Assembly (NCBI GenBank): GCA_002104945.1 | Contig: MCFH01000085.1 | Location: 62,001-126,000 of the forward strand | From: Piromyces finnis finn | Taxonomy: Eukaryota > Fungi > Neocallimastigomycota | DNA length: 64,000 nucleotides | Reading direction: 5' to 3' | Part shown: positions 61,208 through 64,000 of the stretch, piece after piece | Layout of the letters: every line of letters begins with the position of its first letter | Position numbering within the stretch: the stretch's first letter is position 1 | Translations under genes and position numbers: made by a program | The notes under the pieces: generated by a model | The model's database searches: none | Told to the model about the DNA's origin: nothing | The model's input: only the letters and a program-made list of their open reading frames with translations

Positions 61208-61875
61208 TGGTGGTGACTTAAGCTATGCCAAAATACACAAGCATCATTCCTCAATTTAAGTGTAAACATTAGGGAATTATTTTCACGTGATCAAATTGAC
61301 GCTTATTAAAAAAAAAAAAAAAAAAAAAGAATTCTTTTGATTCAGAATAAAAAGAGATATTACTGATTTGATAATAGATTTACAAATTACTTTTAAAATT
61401 AATTTCAAATTTAGAAAAGAAAAAATGTTTTTTATTATTATTATATTATTATTATTTATAATATTTTTTTTTAGTTTTTTTATTGTTTATTTATTTTTTT
61501 TTTTTCTTTTAATATTATAATAAAAAAAATATATAAAAATTAAAATAATTACATAAAAGATAAAAAGATGAAAAAGATAAAATAAGTAATAAATTAAATA
61601 AATAAAAAAATAAATATTAATTTTCTTTTATATATATTATTTATATATTATTTATAAAAAAATAATAAAAAAAAATTAATATTTATGTATTTAGGTTATT
61701 TGATTATATTTATTAAAAAAAAAACCCTTTTAATTTTAAATGTTTCTATGCATTATTAATATTTTTTTTTTTTGTTGGTGTTTCTTTTTTTAAAAGAAAA
61801 AAAAATAAAATTCATAATATATTGAATAATTAATGAATAATATTTTTTTCTATTTTATATTAATTTAAAAACATT

Positions 61876-64000
61876 CTAGTTTTTAACAACATATTTTGTA
61901 ACAGTGACAACTTTCTTAACAGTAACCTTCTTTGTTACTCTAGCTCTAGTTGTAGCAGTTTGACTCTTAGTTGTAGTGGATTTCTTTGTAGTTGTAGTTT
62001 TAACAACTGATGGAGTTGTCTTAACAACGATAACTGGAGATGTAGTAACAACAGGAACAGTAGTAGTAGTAACTTTAGTAATAGTAGGAACATTATTAAT
62101 AATAACAGAAGTAGTAGTTGGAGCAACAACAGAAGTGGTTTTCTTTTGAACGGTAGTTATTGGTTCAGCTTCAGCAGCAGAACCTAAAGCCTTTTCAGCG
62201 TAAGCTTTACAGTATCCACCTCTAGTTTGAACCCATTGTTTGATACCATAGTGAGCATCATTGTAACTAACAGCAGCATTATAACCAACAAATTTAAAGT
62301 TTGTATTATCATCAAAGTTTTCAAGAGTAAAGTGGTTAACATAACCTGGAATATTTGGATCAAGATCATCAATTAAATTAAAGTTCCATTCAACATCATC
62401 TCTAATTAATTGAGAAACACTATCAATGAATGGAGAAAGACTTTCAGTATTAAAGACATTATTAACAGTAGCTGCTAAAATTCTTTGATATCTTGTTTTA
62501 ATAATATCATGTTTAAAGAGATTATTTACAAAATATTTATCTGGAAGAGTGTTATCAGCCCAACCAATACAATCAGAAAGATAATTGGAAGCATAATAAT
62601 CAGAACCATTAGAACCGTAAAAACTACCATCAAAATCATATGGAATAATTTGGTATCTATTGGTTTCTGGGTTGAAGTAAAGAGCATAATTACCAAGTTG
62701 AGCCCAGAAATTATCGTAAGCAACAGTAAGGGCTTCAATAGTCATTTGTCTAAGAAGAGATTCAAGATCAAAGAAGCTTTCAAGAGCTTCAACAGCTTCA
62801 TTAGATTGATCATCTTCATAATCATTAACCCAATTTTCAAACATTTTAGTGAAACGTGCAAGTCTGTAGAAGGTGTTTGGAGCTTCAGTATCCATTTTAT
62901 CGATTTCATCAACTTCATAGGAACCACTATTAAGATATTTATTTGGATCTTCACCAAGGTATCTAAGAGAAGCGTATGGACCATTTGGAACAGAAGAGTA
63001 CATTTTATAGGAATAACCAACATGAGCATCTTCATTACCATGGATCATATTAGCAATCCATTTTCCACCAATAGTATCGACAATACTATATAAACCCCAA
63101 ACATCATCATTAATGATAACTCTAGCGTAAGTTCCACTGTAAACTGGAACACCGACAGCCCTGTATAATTCAGAAGCTAACTTATCACGCATGAGGGTTG
63201 GATCAGAAGCAAGGGCTCTAACCTTTATTGTTTTTCTACCTAAAATTTTTTTATCAAGTTTGAATTTCCATGATAATTTTTTAAAGGTACGACTATTGTA
63301 ACCAACTAAGTAAAGAGCACCTGTCTTTGATTCAGAACTGGTTGGAGTAATAAAGTTTATAGTACAATTTGAATAGTTTTCATTTTTATGTGAACCAGTA
63401 AATGGATGGTATTTTAAATCTGTATATGCTTCATCATCACATTTTGCGTAAATAGTATAAATTTCATTCTTTGGAAATTCTTGGTATTTTTCAGTACCAC
63501 TATTGTAAAGTGGATCAAATACTTTTGGGATTCCTGAAATATTAACGTTTTTAGTTACTCTATAATATTATTTTTATTTCAAAATTTTCAATGTCAATTC
63601 GTTGATAATAATTAATTGGTTAATTTATTGATTTTTTTAATTTATTTGTCATTATCATTTATGGTTGTTTTATAAATTCATTGAATATTATTTATAAGAA
63701 TTAAAAAATATAAAATCAATAAAATATATAATTATTACCATAATTACTTTTTATAATATAAAAGAGAAAATATACCTTTCATAAACTTCATTAATGTTTG
63801 AAATAGCATCAGTATAAGTTCTTTCAAAATATTCTTCTTCTACAACATTACCACTCTTGTCTAATAGAACATATTTATAGGTATTGCTAGCACCAGATTC
63901 TATTGTTGTAGTATATACTATATTAAAAACAAATCAGTATTTAATCCTTTTTCTAACATTTTACTATTTTAAAGTATTTACATGGATAGATTTCTGAAGT
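61876..64000 (-). CDS. cotH: CotH (spore coat protein H) kinase-family protein with Thr-rich linker; 5' end lies beyond the window
   Basis: Exons visible at 64000 to ~63982, ~63917-63776 and 63559-61876. Motifs KKLSWKFKL, SDPTLMRDKLASELYRAVGVP, GLYSIVD, YDNFW..GNYALY, IIPYDFDGSF. N-terminal YKYVLLD resembles the CBM20-like domain of fungal CotH proteins. Confidence 0.93.

Noticed and set aside
62485-63093. 202-aa plus-strand ORF and other ORFs overlapping CotH, kinesin, LINE and 44958-45284
   Set aside because: Antisense or alternate-frame shadows of well-supported coding exons.

Overview
Extremely AT-rich eukaryotic DNA with short GT-AG introns and a CotH gene, most consistent with an anaerobic gut fungus (Neocallimastigomycota; inference). 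The ORF track fragments every host gene, so I rebuilt exon chains by hand from splice sites and phases. Host genes: PAN3 (+, 14 exons); a giant 8-exon gene (-, 15761..7120) encoding a ~2443-aa, ~47-TM protein; S-adenosylmethionine decarboxylase SPE2 (-); MAF1 (-); an MBIP-like gene (-); a low-complexity protein with ABBA, KEN, D-box and LR-tail motifs (+); a kinesin-4-like motor (+, 8 exons); and a CotH kinase running off the right end (-). Mobile DNA: three ages of one LINE family (an intact 5.7-kb single-ORF element, a 5'-truncated 1.56-kb copy, and an old relic lacking its RT core) plus decayed Ty3/Gypsy fragments, two of which host the young LINEs. Most interesting: (1) the giant protein, which joins a 7TM GPCR-like module, a degenerate GDPD-like ectodomain and nine 4-TM repeats; (2) a candidate APC/C pseudosubstrate inhibitor; (3) 124-bp hairpin-rich tandem monomers at the LINE 5' end. 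No tRNA, rRNA or CRISPR array is supported. All domain calls come from motif recognition by eye, not database searches.
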